DNA from: Caulobacter sp.
Lineage (GTDB): Bacteria; Pseudomonadota; Alphaproteobacteria; Caulobacterales; Caulobacteraceae
Direction: 5' to 3'
Length of the DNA stretch: 64,000 nucleotides
NCBI GenBank assembly: GCA_031426695.1
Contig: JASJPM010000007.1
Location: forward strand, 383,115 to 447,114
Shown: piece after piece, positions 20,166 through 30,577 of the stretch
Position numbering within the stretch: position 1 is the stretch's first letter
Layout: every line of letters starts with the position of its first letter
The notes under the pieces: model-generated
Seen by the model: the letters and a program-made list of their open reading frames with translations, nothing else
What the model was told of the DNA's origin: nothing
Databases searched by the model: none
Program-made: the position numbers and the translations under genes

Positions 20166-20903
20166 TCATGGCGATTGAATCGGATCCAGCGCCCGGAACC
20201 AGCGCTCCAGCAGCAGCGCCTCCTCGAGCCGGGCGGCGGTGCGGTCGGCGGCCTCGTAGTCGACGCCCCAGCGCTCCTCCTGCCAGGCCTCGTCCAGCCG
20301 GGCGATGTCGTGGGCGCCCTGCCCGTCCAGCCGGCCCCGCTGCAGCGCCAGCGCCAGGACGGCGGAGCCCAGCAGGCTGGAGGCGTTCGCCAACGCCGTA
20401 AGGCCGAAGTGGTCCAGATCGAGCGCCAGCGCCCTGGCCCGGGCCAGCGAGCCCTCCGGCTGGGCGCGATGGATGATGCCGCTGACCGCCGTCAGCCGCA
20501 GGCCCAGGGCCTCGTCGGCCCAGCCCAGCATCGGGTCCCAGGCCAGGCTCTGGGCGTCGACCAACCCGGCCGGCGACTCGGCGCGATAGCAGAGCAGATC
20601 TGATCCGGCGTAGCGGGCGATCTCGTCGGCCACCTCCTCGCGCACGGCGGCGACCCGGTCGATGGCCGTGGCGGCCAGCCGCTGGGCCGGCATGCGCAGG
20701 GTGTCGATCTCGACGGCCTGGGCGTCCCAGTCCGCCGCGACCAGCGCCGCCAGCGCCGGGGTCGGCAGCACGACCTTGCGTCCCGACGGCGTTTTCGGCG
20801 CGCGGCCGTCGAGCAGCACGCCCCAGCCGCCCTCGGTCTCGCCGACCGTCACCGCCTTGTAGAAGCGCCTGGGCTTCTGAACGCCGTCGCCCTTGCCGGT
20901 CAC
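20166..20903 (-). CDS. ATP12 family chaperone
   Basis: PRRFYKAV, LDGRAPKTP, DLLCYRA, LDEAWQEERWGVD. GTG 20903 follows GAAGGA. Confidence 0.88.
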   Translation of the reverse strand: MTGKGDGVQKPRRFYKAVTVGETEGGWGVLLDGRAPKTPSGRKVVLPTPALAALVAADWDAQAVEIDTLRMPAQRLAATAIDRVAAVREEVADEIARYAGSDLLCYRAESPAGLVDAQSLAWDPMLGWADEALGLRLTAVSGIIHRAQPEGSLARARALALDLDHFGLTALANASSLLGSAVLALALQRGRLDGQGAHDIARLDEAWQEERWGVDYEAADRTAARLEEALLLERWFRALDPIQSP

Positions 20904-21027
20904 TGGAGTATCCTTCGATGGTCGTGGCGCGACGGACAGGCCGCCGCACGGCGTTGAAGTGACCGAACGGCCCCGCAGTTTCAAGGATGCGCCGACAGCG
21001 CCCCTGCCCTGCAACGACATTGGAACC

Positions 21028-22044
21028 CTACCGCCGGCTCGAGCGTCCGCCCTTTTTCGCGAAGGGGTCGGGATCAGCCTCGTGCGCGTCGAAGCCGAAG
21101 CGCTGGAAGCCTTCCTTCATCTCGGGGCTGAGCGGCGCCTCGACGGCGATCATGCCGGCCGAGGGATGGGGGAGGACCAGCCGGCGGGCGTGGAGCTGAA
21201 GCTGCAGCCCCTGCGACAGCGCCGCGCTCTTCTCGTCGCCGTATTTGGGATCGCCCAGGATCGGGTGGCCAATGGCCAGCATGTGGGCGCGCAGCTGGTG
21301 GGTGCGGCCGGTGTGCGGGCGCAGGGCCATCCAGCTGACCCGGGGGCCGGCGCGACTGATGGTGACGAACTCGGTCTCGGCCGCCTCGCCCTTGGGGTCC
21401 TTGGCGTCGGTCGGCACGATCATCTCGCGATCGTTGATGCCCTTCTTGGCCAGCGGGATATCGATGATCCCCTCGGTCGGGTGGGGCGTGCCGACGACCA
21501 GCGCCCAGTAGGTCTTCTGGGCCTTGCGCCGGGCGAAGGCGCCCGACAGCTTGGCGGCGGCGGCCGGGGTCTTGCCCAGCACCAGCACGCCGGAGGTGTC
21601 GCGGTCGAGACGGTGGACCAGCCGGGGCCGCTGCAGCCCCTCACCCCAGGCCGACAGCAGCTTGTCGACATGGTGGGTGGTCTTGGTGCCGCCCTGCACC
21701 GCCAGGCCGGCCGGCTTGTTGAGGATCAGGACGTCCTCGTCCTCGTAGAGCACCAGCGAGCGGGCGAAAGCGATGTCGCGCGGCGACAGGGCCTTCTTCG
21801 TATCGCCGCCGGGGGTGGGCGCGTCGGGCAGCGGCGGTACGCGCACCTGCTGACCGGCCTGCAGCCGCGTGTCGGCCTTGGCCCGGGCGCCGTCGACGCG
21901 GATCTGGCCCGAACGGGCCAGCTTCTGGATCTGGATCTGGGTCAGGTGCGGCCAGCGGCGACGGAACCAGCGGTCCAGCCGCACGCCATCCTCGCCGGCC
22001 TCGCCGACGTCCACGAACAAGGTTTTGACTTCGCGCGGGGTCAT
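21028..22044 (-). CDS. RluA-family pseudouridine synthase with S4 domain (RluC-like)
   Basis: RLDRWFRRR, LVHRLDRDTSG, TGRTHQLR, GDPKYG. Start ATG 22044. Confidence 0.9.
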   Translation of the reverse strand: MTPREVKTLFVDVGEAGEDGVRLDRWFRRRWPHLTQIQIQKLARSGQIRVDGARAKADTRLQAGQQVRVPPLPDAPTPGGDTKKALSPRDIAFARSLVLYEDEDVLILNKPAGLAVQGGTKTTHHVDKLLSAWGEGLQRPRLVHRLDRDTSGVLVLGKTPAAAAKLSGAFARRKAQKTYWALVVGTPHPTEGIIDIPLAKKGINDREMIVPTDAKDPKGEAAETEFVTISRAGPRVSWMALRPHTGRTHQLRAHMLAIGHPILGDPKYGDEKSAALSQGLQLQLHARRLVLPHPSAGMIAVEAPLSPEMKEGFQRFGFDAHEADPDPFAKKGGRSSRR

Positions 22045-22427
22045 GCGGCCAACAGCTTTCGCGCCAGCATCATGCCGGCGAACAGCGCCGCCACCGAGGC
22101 GACGACCGAGAGGGTTGAATAGGCGAAGGCCGACGGCCACTCGCGGCGCTCGATCATCAGCGCGACCTCCAGCGAGAAGGCCGAGAAGGTGGTGAAGCCG
22201 CCCAGCGCCCCGACGCCCAGCAGCAGCCGCCAGCGCTCCTGGTCCGCCCCGCCCCGCAGCGCCAGCACCGTGACCAGCGCGCCCATGGCCAAGCCGCCCA
22301 GGACATTCACCGCCAGGGTGCCGTAAGGCCAGGCCCCGCCCAGCAGGCGCAGGGCCTGTGTCCCGGCCAGATAGCGGGCCACGGCGCCGATCGCTCCGCC
22401 GGCGGCCACGAGAAGCAGTTTGTCCAT
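22041..22427 (-). CDS. crcB: Fluoride efflux channel FluC/CrcB
   Basis: GGAIGAVARY, PYGTLAVN, GGFTTFSAFSLE. Confidence 0.95.
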   Translation of the reverse strand: MDKLLLVAAGGAIGAVARYLAGTQALRLLGGAWPYGTLAVNVLGGLAMGALVTVLALRGGADQERWRLLLGVGALGGFTTFSAFSLEVALMIERREWPSAFAYSTLSVVASVAALFAGMMLARKLLAA

Positions 22428-22529
22428 GCGCCCTTATGCGACGATGCGGCGCCCGGCGCAAAGCGCGCGTCTCAACACACCGTTAAGTCGAATAACCCAG
22501 AATGGGCAACCTTGTCCCGTGGCTTGCTC

Positions 22530-23762
22530 ATGAGCACTTCCGTCAGTCCGCCCGATCGCCTCAACGCCGCCGACATCGCCGCCGTGCTGGATCGATTCGG
22601 CGGTCAGGATCTCTTGGCGCGGGGCGCGGTGAACATCCTCAGTCTGGCCGCGATCCGCGAGCGGGCCAACGACCGCTGGCCCCGCCGCCGGCCGGACGTT
22701 TGGGCCTACACCGAACGCAAGCTGGCCGAGCACCTGACCTTCCAGGACCTGTCGCAGCGGGTCGGCGAGACCGATTACCTGATCGCCATGACCAGCGAGG
22801 ACGGCATGGCCGCCCAGGCCATGACGTTGAAGGTGCTGGAGGAGGTGCTGCTGCACTTCCTGGGCGCCGCCGAACAGGGCGACCTGCGCGTGCGGGCCGT
22901 CACCGGCCTGTCCGGGGGCGAGGTGTCCTGCGCGCCGCTCGATCCCAGCGCCATCCTCAATGCCCGCAAGGCCGCGTCCGCCCCGACGGCAGCGGTGGAG
23001 CCCGCGCCCGACATCGATCCGGCCGAGGAAAAGCGCCGCAACCCGCACATGTTCGCCACCGGGTCGGGGCTGACGCTGCGCATCGACTTCGCGGTCGAGG
23101 CGGTGATCAGCCTGCGCCACGCGGTCCCGGCGGCGCTGCGCATCGAGCCGACGGTGACCGAGACGGTCAGCGGCCGGGTGATCCCGACCCGGGCCTTCAT
23201 CAAGCTGTCGGACGGCGACCTGGCGATCATCGACCAGGCGACGCTCCATTATGCCGGCCTCTACCTGCCGCGCGTCGAAGCGCCGGCCGCCCGGCCTCTG
23301 ATCGTGCCGGTGTCGTTCCGGACCATGGCCGCCAACAAGGGCCGGCAGGCGCTGATCGCCAGCGCCGCCGAGGCGCAGGGACGGATGAAGCGGGGCCTGT
23401 TGATCGAACTGGTCGACGTGGATCGGGGAACGCCCCAGGGTCGGCTGATCGAGGTCTGCGGCCTGCTGCGCACCCTGTGCCGGGGCGTCTTCGCCCGGGT
23501 GCAGTCGAACCGCGACGAGATGGCGCTGTTCAGGGAGGCCCGGCTGGCGGGCGTGACGCTGGACGCGGCGGAATTCGTGGGCGACGACGCCCGGCTGGCC
23601 GCCGCGATGCTCGACCTGGGCCGGCAGGCCAGGGGGCAGACGCCGCTGATCGCCGTCCAGGGCCTGGCCTCGCATGTGATGTTCGCCGTCGCGGAGACGG
23701 CGGGGCTGACCCATGCGTCGCTGCGCAATGCGCCATCGACCCTGGCGACGGCGGCGGCCTGA
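22530..23762 (+). CDS. Hypothetical protein, probably a degenerate GGDEF-EAL protein
   Basis: Remote motif correspondences (DLSQRVGETDYLI; LLIELVD; VTLDA; IAVQGL), with the catalytic residues absent. Confidence 0.6.
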   Translation: MSTSVSPPDRLNAADIAAVLDRFGGQDLLARGAVNILSLAAIRERANDRWPRRRPDVWAYTERKLAEHLTFQDLSQRVGETDYLIAMTSEDGMAAQAMTLKVLEEVLLHFLGAAEQGDLRVRAVTGLSGGEVSCAPLDPSAILNARKAASAPTAAVEPAPDIDPAEEKRRNPHMFATGSGLTLRIDFAVEAVISLRHAVPAALRIEPTVTETVSGRVIPTRAFIKLSDGDLAIIDQATLHYAGLYLPRVEAPAARPLIVPVSFRTMAANKGRQALIASAAEAQGRMKRGLLIELVDVDRGTPQGRLIEVCGLLRTLCRGVFARVQSNRDEMALFREARLAGVTLDAAEFVGDDARLAAAMLDLGRQARGQTPLIAVQGLASHVMFAVAETAGLTHASLRNAPSTLATAAA

Positions 23763-23768
23763 CGCCCG

Positions 23769-24275
23769 CTACCGCCCCTCGCCCCGGCCGATGACCCGGA
23801 CGATGTCGCGGGCGTCGTAGACGTCGCGACCCTTTGGGACCGGTCCCTTCCCGGCCATGACCTCCAGGGTGCGCGAGAAGGCCGGGCCGCCGGACAGGTC
23901 GAAGCTCGTCCCGACCCCGACACTGACGCCGCTGCTTCGGCGCCAGCCGCCGCCCCCGGAGCCGACGCCCACGCTCACCCGCGGCCGTCCGCCGGATCCC
24001 GCGCCGATCGTGCGGTCCTGACGGTCGACGACCCGGAACCAGTCATAGCCGTCACGCAGCGCGACCTCGGCCGCCCGCAGCAACGCGTAGTCGGCCACCT
24101 GGGCCATCGGCGCGCCGCCGCCGCCGGTGTAGGTGACCCGGTAGCGGCCCGTCTCGATCCGGTAATCGCTGAACCCGACGCTGGTCGGCGCGCCCGTCGA
24201 CGGGGCGTAGACGGTGGGCGTGGCGCAGGCCGCGAGGCTCAGGGTCGCGGCGGCGATGATCAAGGCGCGTTTCAT
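23769..24275 (-). CDS. Conserved lipoprotein
   Basis: Lipobox LAAC; YRVTY...ALLRAAEVALRDGYDWFRVV. Confidence 0.8.
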   Translation of the reverse strand: MKRALIIAAATLSLAACATPTVYAPSTGAPTSVGFSDYRIETGRYRVTYTGGGGAPMAQVADYALLRAAEVALRDGYDWFRVVDRQDRTIGAGSGGRPRVSVGVGSGGGGWRRSSGVSVGVGTSFDLSGGPAFSRTLEVMAGKGPVPKGRDVYDARDIVRVIGRGEGR

Positions 24276-24296
24276 GGGTCCGGTCCTCCGACCTGA

Positions 24297-25079
24297 CTAA
24301 GCTGCGCCCGCCCCGTTGGTTCCGGCAAGACCCAGCAGGCCGACCAGCGCCGCCATGTCGTCGGGCATTGGCGCCTCGACCGTGGCGGTCTGGCCGTCCG
24401 GGTGCGGGTAGCTGAGCTTCACCGCATGCAGCATCAGGCGCGGGACCGGATGGCCGCCGACCGTCAGGGCCCCGCCGTAGCGCACATCGCCGACGATCGG
24501 ACGGCCAAGGCTCGCCATGTGCACGCGCAGCTGATGCATGCGGCCGGTCTCCGGCGACAGCTCCATCAGCGCCGCCTCGGGCGTGGCGGCCAGGGTGCGG
24601 TAGCGGGTCTTCGCGCTCTCGGCATCGGGGTGTTCCGGCTCGGTGACGCGCATATAGGCCTCGCGGCCGATGCTCTCGCGGCGCAGGGCGGCGTCGATCA
24701 CCCCGCCCTTCGGCGAGGGCGCGCCGGGGGCGACGATGGCCAGGTAGGTTTTCCGAAAACGCTTGGCGATCATGGCCTTGCCGAGAAAACTTGCGGCCGG
24801 CTTGGTGCGGGCGGTCAGGATGACGCCGCTGGTGTCGCGGTCCAGGCGGTGCACCAGGCGCGGCCGGTTTCCGCCCGCCGTGGCGAAGGCCCACAGCAGC
24901 TCGTCCAGCGTATTGGCGTTGATCCGCCCGCCCTGGCTGGACAGCCCCGGCGGCTTGTTCAGCGCGATGACGTGGAGGTCCTGATGGATCACCAGACCGC
25001 GCGTGAAGGCGATCTCCTCGGGCGTGAGGGTGATCGGGGTCTCGTGGGCTTTGACCTTGCGCGGGGGACGGGGGCTCAT
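24297..25079 (-). CDS. RluA-family pseudouridine synthase (no S4 domain)
   Basis: NKPPGLSSQGG, LVHRLDRDTSG, TGRMHQLRVH, GDVRYG. Start ATG 25079. Confidence 0.9.
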   Translation of the reverse strand: MSPRPPRKVKAHETPITLTPEEIAFTRGLVIHQDLHVIALNKPPGLSSQGGRINANTLDELLWAFATAGGNRPRLVHRLDRDTSGVILTARTKPAASFLGKAMIAKRFRKTYLAIVAPGAPSPKGGVIDAALRRESIGREAYMRVTEPEHPDAESAKTRYRTLAATPEAALMELSPETGRMHQLRVHMASLGRPIVGDVRYGGALTVGGHPVPRLMLHAVKLSYPHPDGQTATVEAPMPDDMAALVGLLGLAGTNGAGAA

Positions 25080-26380
25080 CCGCCCCTCCCCTTCCGCATC
25101 GCCGCCCAACGGTCCAGCCGCTCCTTGACCTTGCCTTCGTGCCCCTCGCCCTTCGGCTTGTAGAACGACCGCCGGTCCATCCCGTCCGGGAAGTAGTTCT
25201 GGCCCGAGAAGCCTTCCTCGGTGTCGGGATCGTAGGCGTAGCCCTTGCCGTAGCCGAGGTCCTTCATCAGCCGCGTCGGGGCGTTGAGGATGTGGGCGGG
25301 CGGGGTCAGGGAGCCGGTTTCCCGCGCCGCCTTCCGCGCCGCGCCGAAGGCCTTGTAGACGGCGTTGGACTTGGGCGCGCAGGCCATGTGCACGCAGGCC
25401 TGGGCCAGGGCCAGCTCGCCCTCGGGGCTGCCCATGAAGTCGTAGGCGTCCTTGGCGGCGTTGCAGAGCAACAGGCTCATGGGGTCGGCGGCGCCGATGT
25501 CCTCGCTGGCCATGCGGGTCAGGCGGCGGGCGATGAACAGCGGGTCCTCGCCGCCCTCCAGCATCCGGGCCAGCCAGTAGAGGGCCGCGTCCGGGTCGCT
25601 GCCGCGCACCGACTTATGGAGCGCGCTGATGAGGTTGTAGTGCTCCTCGCGATCCTTGTCGTAGGCCGGGCTGCGCTTCTGAAGCACCTCGCCCAGCTCG
25701 GCCGGGGTCAGGGGCTTGGGCGCGCCGATGGCCAGCAGGGTCTCGGCCAGGGTCAGCAGGTAGCGGCCGTCGCCGTCGGCCATGGCGATCATCGCCTCGC
25801 GGGCGGCGGGGTCCAGGGGCAGCGCCCGGCCCTCCTCCGCCTCGGCCCGGGCCAGCAGGCTCTCCAGCGCCGCCTCGTCCAGCCGGCGCAGCACATAGAC
25901 CTGGCTGCGGGACAGCAGGGCGCCGTTGAGCTCGAAACTGGGGTTCTCCGTCGTCGCCCCAACGAGGGTGACCACCCCCTCCTCCACGAACGGCAGGAAG
26001 CCGTCCTGCTGGGCGCGGTTGAAGCGGTGGATCTCGTCGACGAACAGCAGGGTCGACTGGCCGGCGGCGCGGCGCATCTTCGCCTGCTCGAAGGCCTTCT
26101 TCAGGTCGGCGACGCCGGAGAAGACGGCGCTGATCTGCTGGAACTCATAGCCCGCCGCCTTGGCCAGCAGCCGGGCGATGGTGGTCTTGCCGGTGCCCGG
26201 CGGGCCCCAGAGGATCATCGAGCCCAGACGGCCGTTGGCGATCATTCGGCGGATGGGGCCAGCCTCGCCCAGCAGGTGCTCCTGGCCGACCACCTCGTCG
26301 ATGGTGCGCGGCCGCAGCCGTTCGGCAAGGGGCGCGGGAGCATGGGGCGTCAGCCCGGCGGCTTCAAACAGATCGCTCAT
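25076..26380 (-). CDS. rarA: Replication-associated recombination protein A (RarA/MgsA)
   Basis: [47 protein letters not shown]. Confidence 0.95.
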   Translation of the reverse strand: MSDLFEAAGLTPHAPAPLAERLRPRTIDEVVGQEHLLGEAGPIRRMIANGRLGSMILWGPPGTGKTTIARLLAKAAGYEFQQISAVFSGVADLKKAFEQAKMRRAAGQSTLLFVDEIHRFNRAQQDGFLPFVEEGVVTLVGATTENPSFELNGALLSRSQVYVLRRLDEAALESLLARAEAEEGRALPLDPAAREAMIAMADGDGRYLLTLAETLLAIGAPKPLTPAELGEVLQKRSPAYDKDREEHYNLISALHKSVRGSDPDAALYWLARMLEGGEDPLFIARRLTRMASEDIGAADPMSLLLCNAAKDAYDFMGSPEGELALAQACVHMACAPKSNAVYKAFGAARKAARETGSLTPPAHILNAPTRLMKDLGYGKGYAYDPDTEEGFSGQNYFPDGMDRRSFYKPKGEGHEGKVKERLDRWAAMRKGRGG

Positions 26381-26411
26381 CGTGGGTGGGTGTAGCACGG
26401 CAGGCGACGGT

Positions 26412-26511
26412 GGGGACTGCTTCCGGCATCGCCGGCAGCTGTCCCTGACAGGGCAGCGCAGGATCGGGGACAGCTACCGATGTCCCAAACGGGACACCGG
26501 AAGCAGTCCCC
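26412..26511. repeat. Family B palindromic element
   Basis: GGGGACTGCTTCCGG...CCGGAAGCAGTCCCC outer repeat with inner AGCTGTCCC/GGGACAGCT. The left arm nearly matches 53110-53144. Confidence 0.8.
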
Positions 26512-26516
26512 ACGCC

Positions 26517-27932
26517 CTAAGCCCGGAACGACGCCGTGATCCGGCGGCCGCCGCGCTCGATGGTCACCTGCCAGACCCGGACCTTTGCGGTCAGGGCGGT
26601 AGCCAGGTCGCCGGTGGTGCGGATCTCGCGGCCGTTGACGGCGCGGACGATGTCGCCGGGCTGCAGGCCGATGCCCTGGGCCGGGCCGGTGGCCACCCGC
26701 AGCACGATCACGCCGCGACCGGCGAACGGGTCGGCGCCGATCTCGTCGGCCACGGCCGGGGACAGGTTCGCCACCGTCGCGCCGGAGAAGGGGTTGGAGC
26801 CCTGGATGACCCGCTCCTCGCGGGCCGGGGTGGCGGGCGCAGGCTCGGCCCGGGCGCTCAGCGACACCTCGCGGCCGTCGCGCAGCACCGTCAGCGGCAC
26901 GGTCTCGCCGATGCGCCGCGCGCCGAACAGATAGATGGCCGCGCCTTCATCGGCGACCGGCTGGCCGGCGATGGTCACCAGAATGTCGCCCTGCTGGACA
27001 CCGGCGCGGGCGGCCGAGCTGCCCGGCCAGACGTCGGTGACGGCCGCGCCGCGCGGGGCGCTCATCCCCAGGCTGCGGGCGATGTCGCCGGTGACGGTCA
27101 TGGCCTTGACGCCCAGCCAGGGCCGCACGACCGCCTGGCTGCCGCCCAGGGCCGCGCCGACGACCTGGCGGGCCATGGCGGCCGGAATGGCGAAGCCGAC
27201 GCCGGAGGACGTCCCTGACCGCGAGAGGATGGCGGTGTTCACCCCGATCAGGTCGCCGTCCATGTCGACCAGCGGCCCGCCGGAGTTGCCCGGATTGATG
27301 GCCGCGTCGGTCTGGATGAAGAAGCCGTAGTCGGTGATGCCGGTGTTGGAGCGCGCAGTGGCCGAGACGATGCCGTTGGTCACCGTCTGCCCGACGCCGA
27401 ACGGGTTGCCGATGGCCAGCACCAGGTCGCCGACCTCCAGCGCCTCCTGGTCGTCGATGGCGATGACCGGCAGCTTCTCGCGCCCGACGTCGATCTTCAG
27501 CACGGCCAGGTCCGACTTGGGATCGGCCAGCAGAACCTTCGCCGCGAACTCGCGCTTGTCGGCGAGCTGGACCATGACCTCGTCGGCGCCCTCGATGTTG
27601 TGGTTGTTGGTCAGGATGACGCCGTCCTCGCGAACGATGGCGCCGCTGCCCAGCGACTGGGCGATCCGCTCGCGCGGCACGCCGCCGCCGATGAACATGT
27701 CCCAGAAGGGATCCACCCGCTGGCGGACGACGCGCTTGCTGCTGACATTCACCACGGCAGGGGCGGCCCGCTTCACCACCGGGGCGAAGGAGCTCTTCAT
27801 GGCCGCGGCGCTGGTCGGCGCGACCCGGGTCGGCTGCGGCATCGGCGGTTGCTGGGCCTGTGACTTCGAGGCCGGATCGGAACAGGCGGCCACCAGGGCC
27901 AAAACAGGAATAATCAGTTTCGCGGCGTGCAT
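26517..27932 (-). CDS. Do/DegP family serine protease with two PDZ domains and a lipoprotein-type signal
   Basis: [30 protein letters not shown]. Confidence 0.92.
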   Translation of the reverse strand: MHAAKLIIPVLALVAACSDPASKSQAQQPPMPQPTRVAPTSAAAMKSSFAPVVKRAAPAVVNVSSKRVVRQRVDPFWDMFIGGGVPRERIAQSLGSGAIVREDGVILTNNHNIEGADEVMVQLADKREFAAKVLLADPKSDLAVLKIDVGREKLPVIAIDDQEALEVGDLVLAIGNPFGVGQTVTNGIVSATARSNTGITDYGFFIQTDAAINPGNSGGPLVDMDGDLIGVNTAILSRSGTSSGVGFAIPAAMARQVVGAALGGSQAVVRPWLGVKAMTVTGDIARSLGMSAPRGAAVTDVWPGSSAARAGVQQGDILVTIAGQPVADEGAAIYLFGARRIGETVPLTVLRDGREVSLSARAEPAPATPAREERVIQGSNPFSGATVANLSPAVADEIGADPFAGRGVIVLRVATGPAQGIGLQPGDIVRAVNGREIRTTGDLATALTAKVRVWQVTIERGGRRITASFRA

Positions 27933-28007
27933 GAGGTCTTTCAGGTCAAGGTTGCCCCGGTCCCAAATCCATCGGGGATTTCGGGCGTATTGATGGCATG
28001 AAGGACT

Positions 28008-29258
28008 TCAGAGGGCCTGCGGTTCCTTCACCGGTCCCCTGCCGACCATCGTTCCGAAGACGAAGGCCAACGCCAGCAAGCCCGAGGCGACCAGGATCGC
28101 CATGCCCGGCACCTGAAAGCCGGCGTGGCGGATCGACCAGGCGAAGATGTTGCCAAACAGCAGCGGCCCGGCGATCGAGGCGATCCCCTGCAGCGCCTGG
28201 TTGGCGCCCTGCAGCTGCCCCTGGGCCTGGGGTTCGACGCGCCGGCTCATCAGGCCCATCAGGCCGGGCGTCATCAGGCCCATCAGCGCGAAGACCGGCA
28301 TGCCGGCCAGGTACCAGGCGGTGGTCGGGGCCAGCCCGTAGATGGCGAAGCCCGCCGAGCCGAAGAAGGCGCCGACGAGCAGCGCACCGCGCTCGCCGAT
28401 ACGCTTCACGGCCGGCCCGACCAGCAGGACCTGCACGATGATGCCCAGGATCCCGGTGATGGCCATGGTCATGCCCATGAAACCGGTGGTCCAGCCGTAG
28501 CGATAGCCGCTGTAGAGCACGAAGATGCTGGGCAGGACCGTATGGGCCAGCTGGAAGAGGAACAGCACCGACGCCAGTCCGACCAGGCCCTGGTGGGACC
28601 GCAGCAGCCGCAGCGACCCGATCGGGTTCGCCTTGCCCCAGTCGAACCGGCTCGCCCGCCGCTCGACCGGCAGGGACTCGGGCAGGACCAGCAGGCCGTA
28701 GACGAAATTGACCAGCGTCAGCGCCGCGGCGACGAAAAACGGCAGGCGCAGGCTGAACTCGCCCAGGTAGCCGCCCAGCACCGGACCGAACAGGAAGCCG
28801 ATGCTGAACGCCGAGCCCATCCAGCCGAAGACCTTGGCGCGGTCCTGGGGCGGCGTGACGTCGGCGACATAGGCGTTGGCGGTCGAGAAGCTCGCCGCCG
28901 TCATGCCGTTGAGGATCCGGCCGACCAGCAGCCAGCCCAGGGTCGGCGCCAGCGCCATGAACAGGAAGTCGACGCCGAGGCCCAGGATCGACAACAGCAG
29001 CACCGGCCTGCGGCCGTAGCGGTCCGACAGCATGCCCAGGATCGGACCGATGACGAACTGCATCGTGCCCCAGACGACGGCAAACACGACGTTCCATTCG
29101 GAGGCCGCGGCCGTGTCCCCGCCGGTGAACTGCTTGATGAGATTAGGCAGGATCGGGATCATGATCCCGAACGAGATGCTGTTCATCACCGACGAGGCGA
29201 AGATGAAGCCGAAGGCGGCCCTGCGGCCCTTCGGCGCCGCCTGGTGTTGGTCGGTCAT
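28008..29258 (-). CDS. TCR/Tet-family MFS transporter
   Basis: Motif A GMLSDRYGRRPVLL, GRILNG, GPVLGGYLG, PESLP. Start ATG 29258. Confidence 0.9.
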   Translation of the reverse strand: MTDQHQAAPKGRRAAFGFIFASSVMNSISFGIMIPILPNLIKQFTGGDTAAASEWNVVFAVVWGTMQFVIGPILGMLSDRYGRRPVLLLSILGLGVDFLFMALAPTLGWLLVGRILNGMTAASFSTANAYVADVTPPQDRAKVFGWMGSAFSIGFLFGPVLGGYLGEFSLRLPFFVAAALTLVNFVYGLLVLPESLPVERRASRFDWGKANPIGSLRLLRSHQGLVGLASVLFLFQLAHTVLPSIFVLYSGYRYGWTTGFMGMTMAITGILGIIVQVLLVGPAVKRIGERGALLVGAFFGSAGFAIYGLAPTTAWYLAGMPVFALMGLMTPGLMGLMSRRVEPQAQGQLQGANQALQGIASIAGPLLFGNIFAWSIRHAGFQVPGMAILVASGLLALAFVFGTMVGRGPVKEPQAL

Positions 29259-29602
29259 GCCTGCTCCCCGGCGGCAATCAGCTTTTTCGGCGCGACGCCG
29301 CGCCATGCCAGCCTGACGAGATCGGCCAGCTTGGCCTCGTCCATGCGCCCGATGTCGAGCTGCGTCCAGCCGCCCTTGTCCCAGTTTCCGAGCGAGACGA
29401 TGGCCCCGGGATCTGTCTCCTGGAGCGACTCCTTGACCAGCGGCGGTAGCTTTAGAACGACCTTGTGAACACCGTCCTCGCCCACCAGCGGCAGCGTTGA
29501 GAAGATCTTGCCCCGCACCCGGAACGAGGCCCGGTCGAAGTGCGGATGCTCCTGCGCCTCGGGCAGCGACAGGGCGAGGCTGCGGATGTCGTCGTGGGTC
29601 AT
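29255..29602 (-). CDS. MmcQ/YjbR family protein
   Basis: ALSLPEAQEHPHFDRASFRVRGKIF, LAWRGVAPKKL. Confidence 0.82.
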   Translation of the reverse strand: MTHDDIRSLALSLPEAQEHPHFDRASFRVRGKIFSTLPLVGEDGVHKVVLKLPPLVKESLQETDPGAIVSLGNWDKGGWTQLDIGRMDEAKLADLVRLAWRGVAPKKLIAAGEQA

Positions 29603-29618
29603 GGCTGCCCGGGCTCCA

Positions 29619-29736
29619 TGCGTCCTTCGCGACGCGAACCTGACGGTCCGCTCCTCAGGATGACGAAACCAGTAGATCGCCCCCGACATTCGTCATGGTG
29701 AGGAGCGAGCCTCCGGCGAGCGTCGCGAACCACGCA
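29619..29736. repeat. Family A palindromic repeat, inverted pair (29619-29665 and 29691-29736)
   Basis: Both arms match the family A consensus. Confidence 0.85.
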
Positions 29737-29738
29737 AC

Positions 29739-30215
29739 TCATTCCACATGCTCCGCCAGCCGCTCCAGGAGCACGCGCCACCATTCGCCGTGGCGGGCCT
29801 GGAATACCGTCAGCGGGAAGCCGTGGCGGGCGACGTGGGCCTGGGGCACGCTGTCCCAGCCGGTGTGGGTGACGGTCACCCGCGTCTCGTCATCGCCCAC
29901 CGCCTCGAAGGTCACCTCCACCTCCGTGGCCATGTCCGGCGTGAAGGTCGCCTGTCGCCAGCCGACCACCAGCCGCGCGCCCCGCTCCCAGACGCTGACC
30001 TTGCCGATCTCGAAGACCTTGCCGCCGTCGCGGGTCTCGACCAGGCGCCGCGCGCCCTGCCCGTCATCCTCGAACGACAGCACCCCCGGCGCGCGCGGGG
30101 TGAAGGCGAACAGGGCGTTGGGCGTCCACCAGGCGCCGATCTCGGCGGTGAAGGCCTCGAAAGCGCGGGCCGGGCTGGCGCGGACCCGCAGGGCGACGAC
30201 GACGCGGCTGGCCAC
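29739..30215 (-). CDS. SRPBCC (AHSA1-like) domain protein
   Basis: SPARAFEAFTAEIGAWW, TEVEVTF, TRVTVTHTGW. GTG 30215. Confidence 0.82.
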   Translation of the reverse strand: MASRVVVALRVRASPARAFEAFTAEIGAWWTPNALFAFTPRAPGVLSFEDDGQGARRLVETRDGGKVFEIGKVSVWERGARLVVGWRQATFTPDMATEVEVTFEAVGDDETRVTVTHTGWDSVPQAHVARHGFPLTVFQARHGEWWRVLLERLAEHVE

Positions 30216-30577
30216 TAGATTTTTCCTTTGGACGGCGCCGCGCCCGGGGAGCCGCCCTCCACGTGCGACTTGAACGCCAGCAGCTGGGCCGACCACATCC
30301 GTTCGGTCTCTTCCAGCCAGCGCAACAGATGGACCATCGGCTCGGGCCTCAGCTGGTAGACGCGCACGCGGGCGTCGAAGTCGGGGCTGGTTTCCTCGAC
30401 CAGGCCGCAGCGACGCAGGGTGCGCAGATGGCGGCTCATGGCCGGCGGCGTGAGTCCGGTCGCCTCGGCCAGTTCGCCGGCCCGTCGCGGCCGCTCGCGC
30501 AGCAGCTCCACGACCCGCCGGCGATGCGGATCGGCCAGGGCCGCCAGGGTCTCGTCGAGCCGCGCGGCGGTGGTCAT
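30215..30577 (-). CDS. ArsR/SmtB family transcriptional regulator
   Basis: LAALADPHRRRVVELL, PAMSRHLRTL, RVRVYQL; no obvious metal-binding Cys motif. Confidence 0.88.
   Translation of the reverse strand: MTTAARLDETLAALADPHRRRVVELLRERPRRAGELAEATGLTPPAMSRHLRTLRRCGLVEETSPDFDARVRVYQLRPEPMVHLLRWLEETERMWSAQLLAFKSHVEGGSPGAAPSKGKI

Noticed and set aside
22484-22498. Full CtrA sites (TTAA-N7-TTAA) near 22484, 48130 and 55826
   Set aside because: Only single TTAA halves are present and the second half is absent at the required spacing.
22428-22529. Fluoride riboswitch upstream of crcB
   Set aside because: The conserved GAUG...CUGAUGA-type core is not visible, and the start looks leaderless.
21028-25079. 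Two RluA-family genes within 4 kb read as a recent duplication
   Set aside because: They are divergent beyond the family motifs and differ in the S4 domain, consistent with old paralogues.
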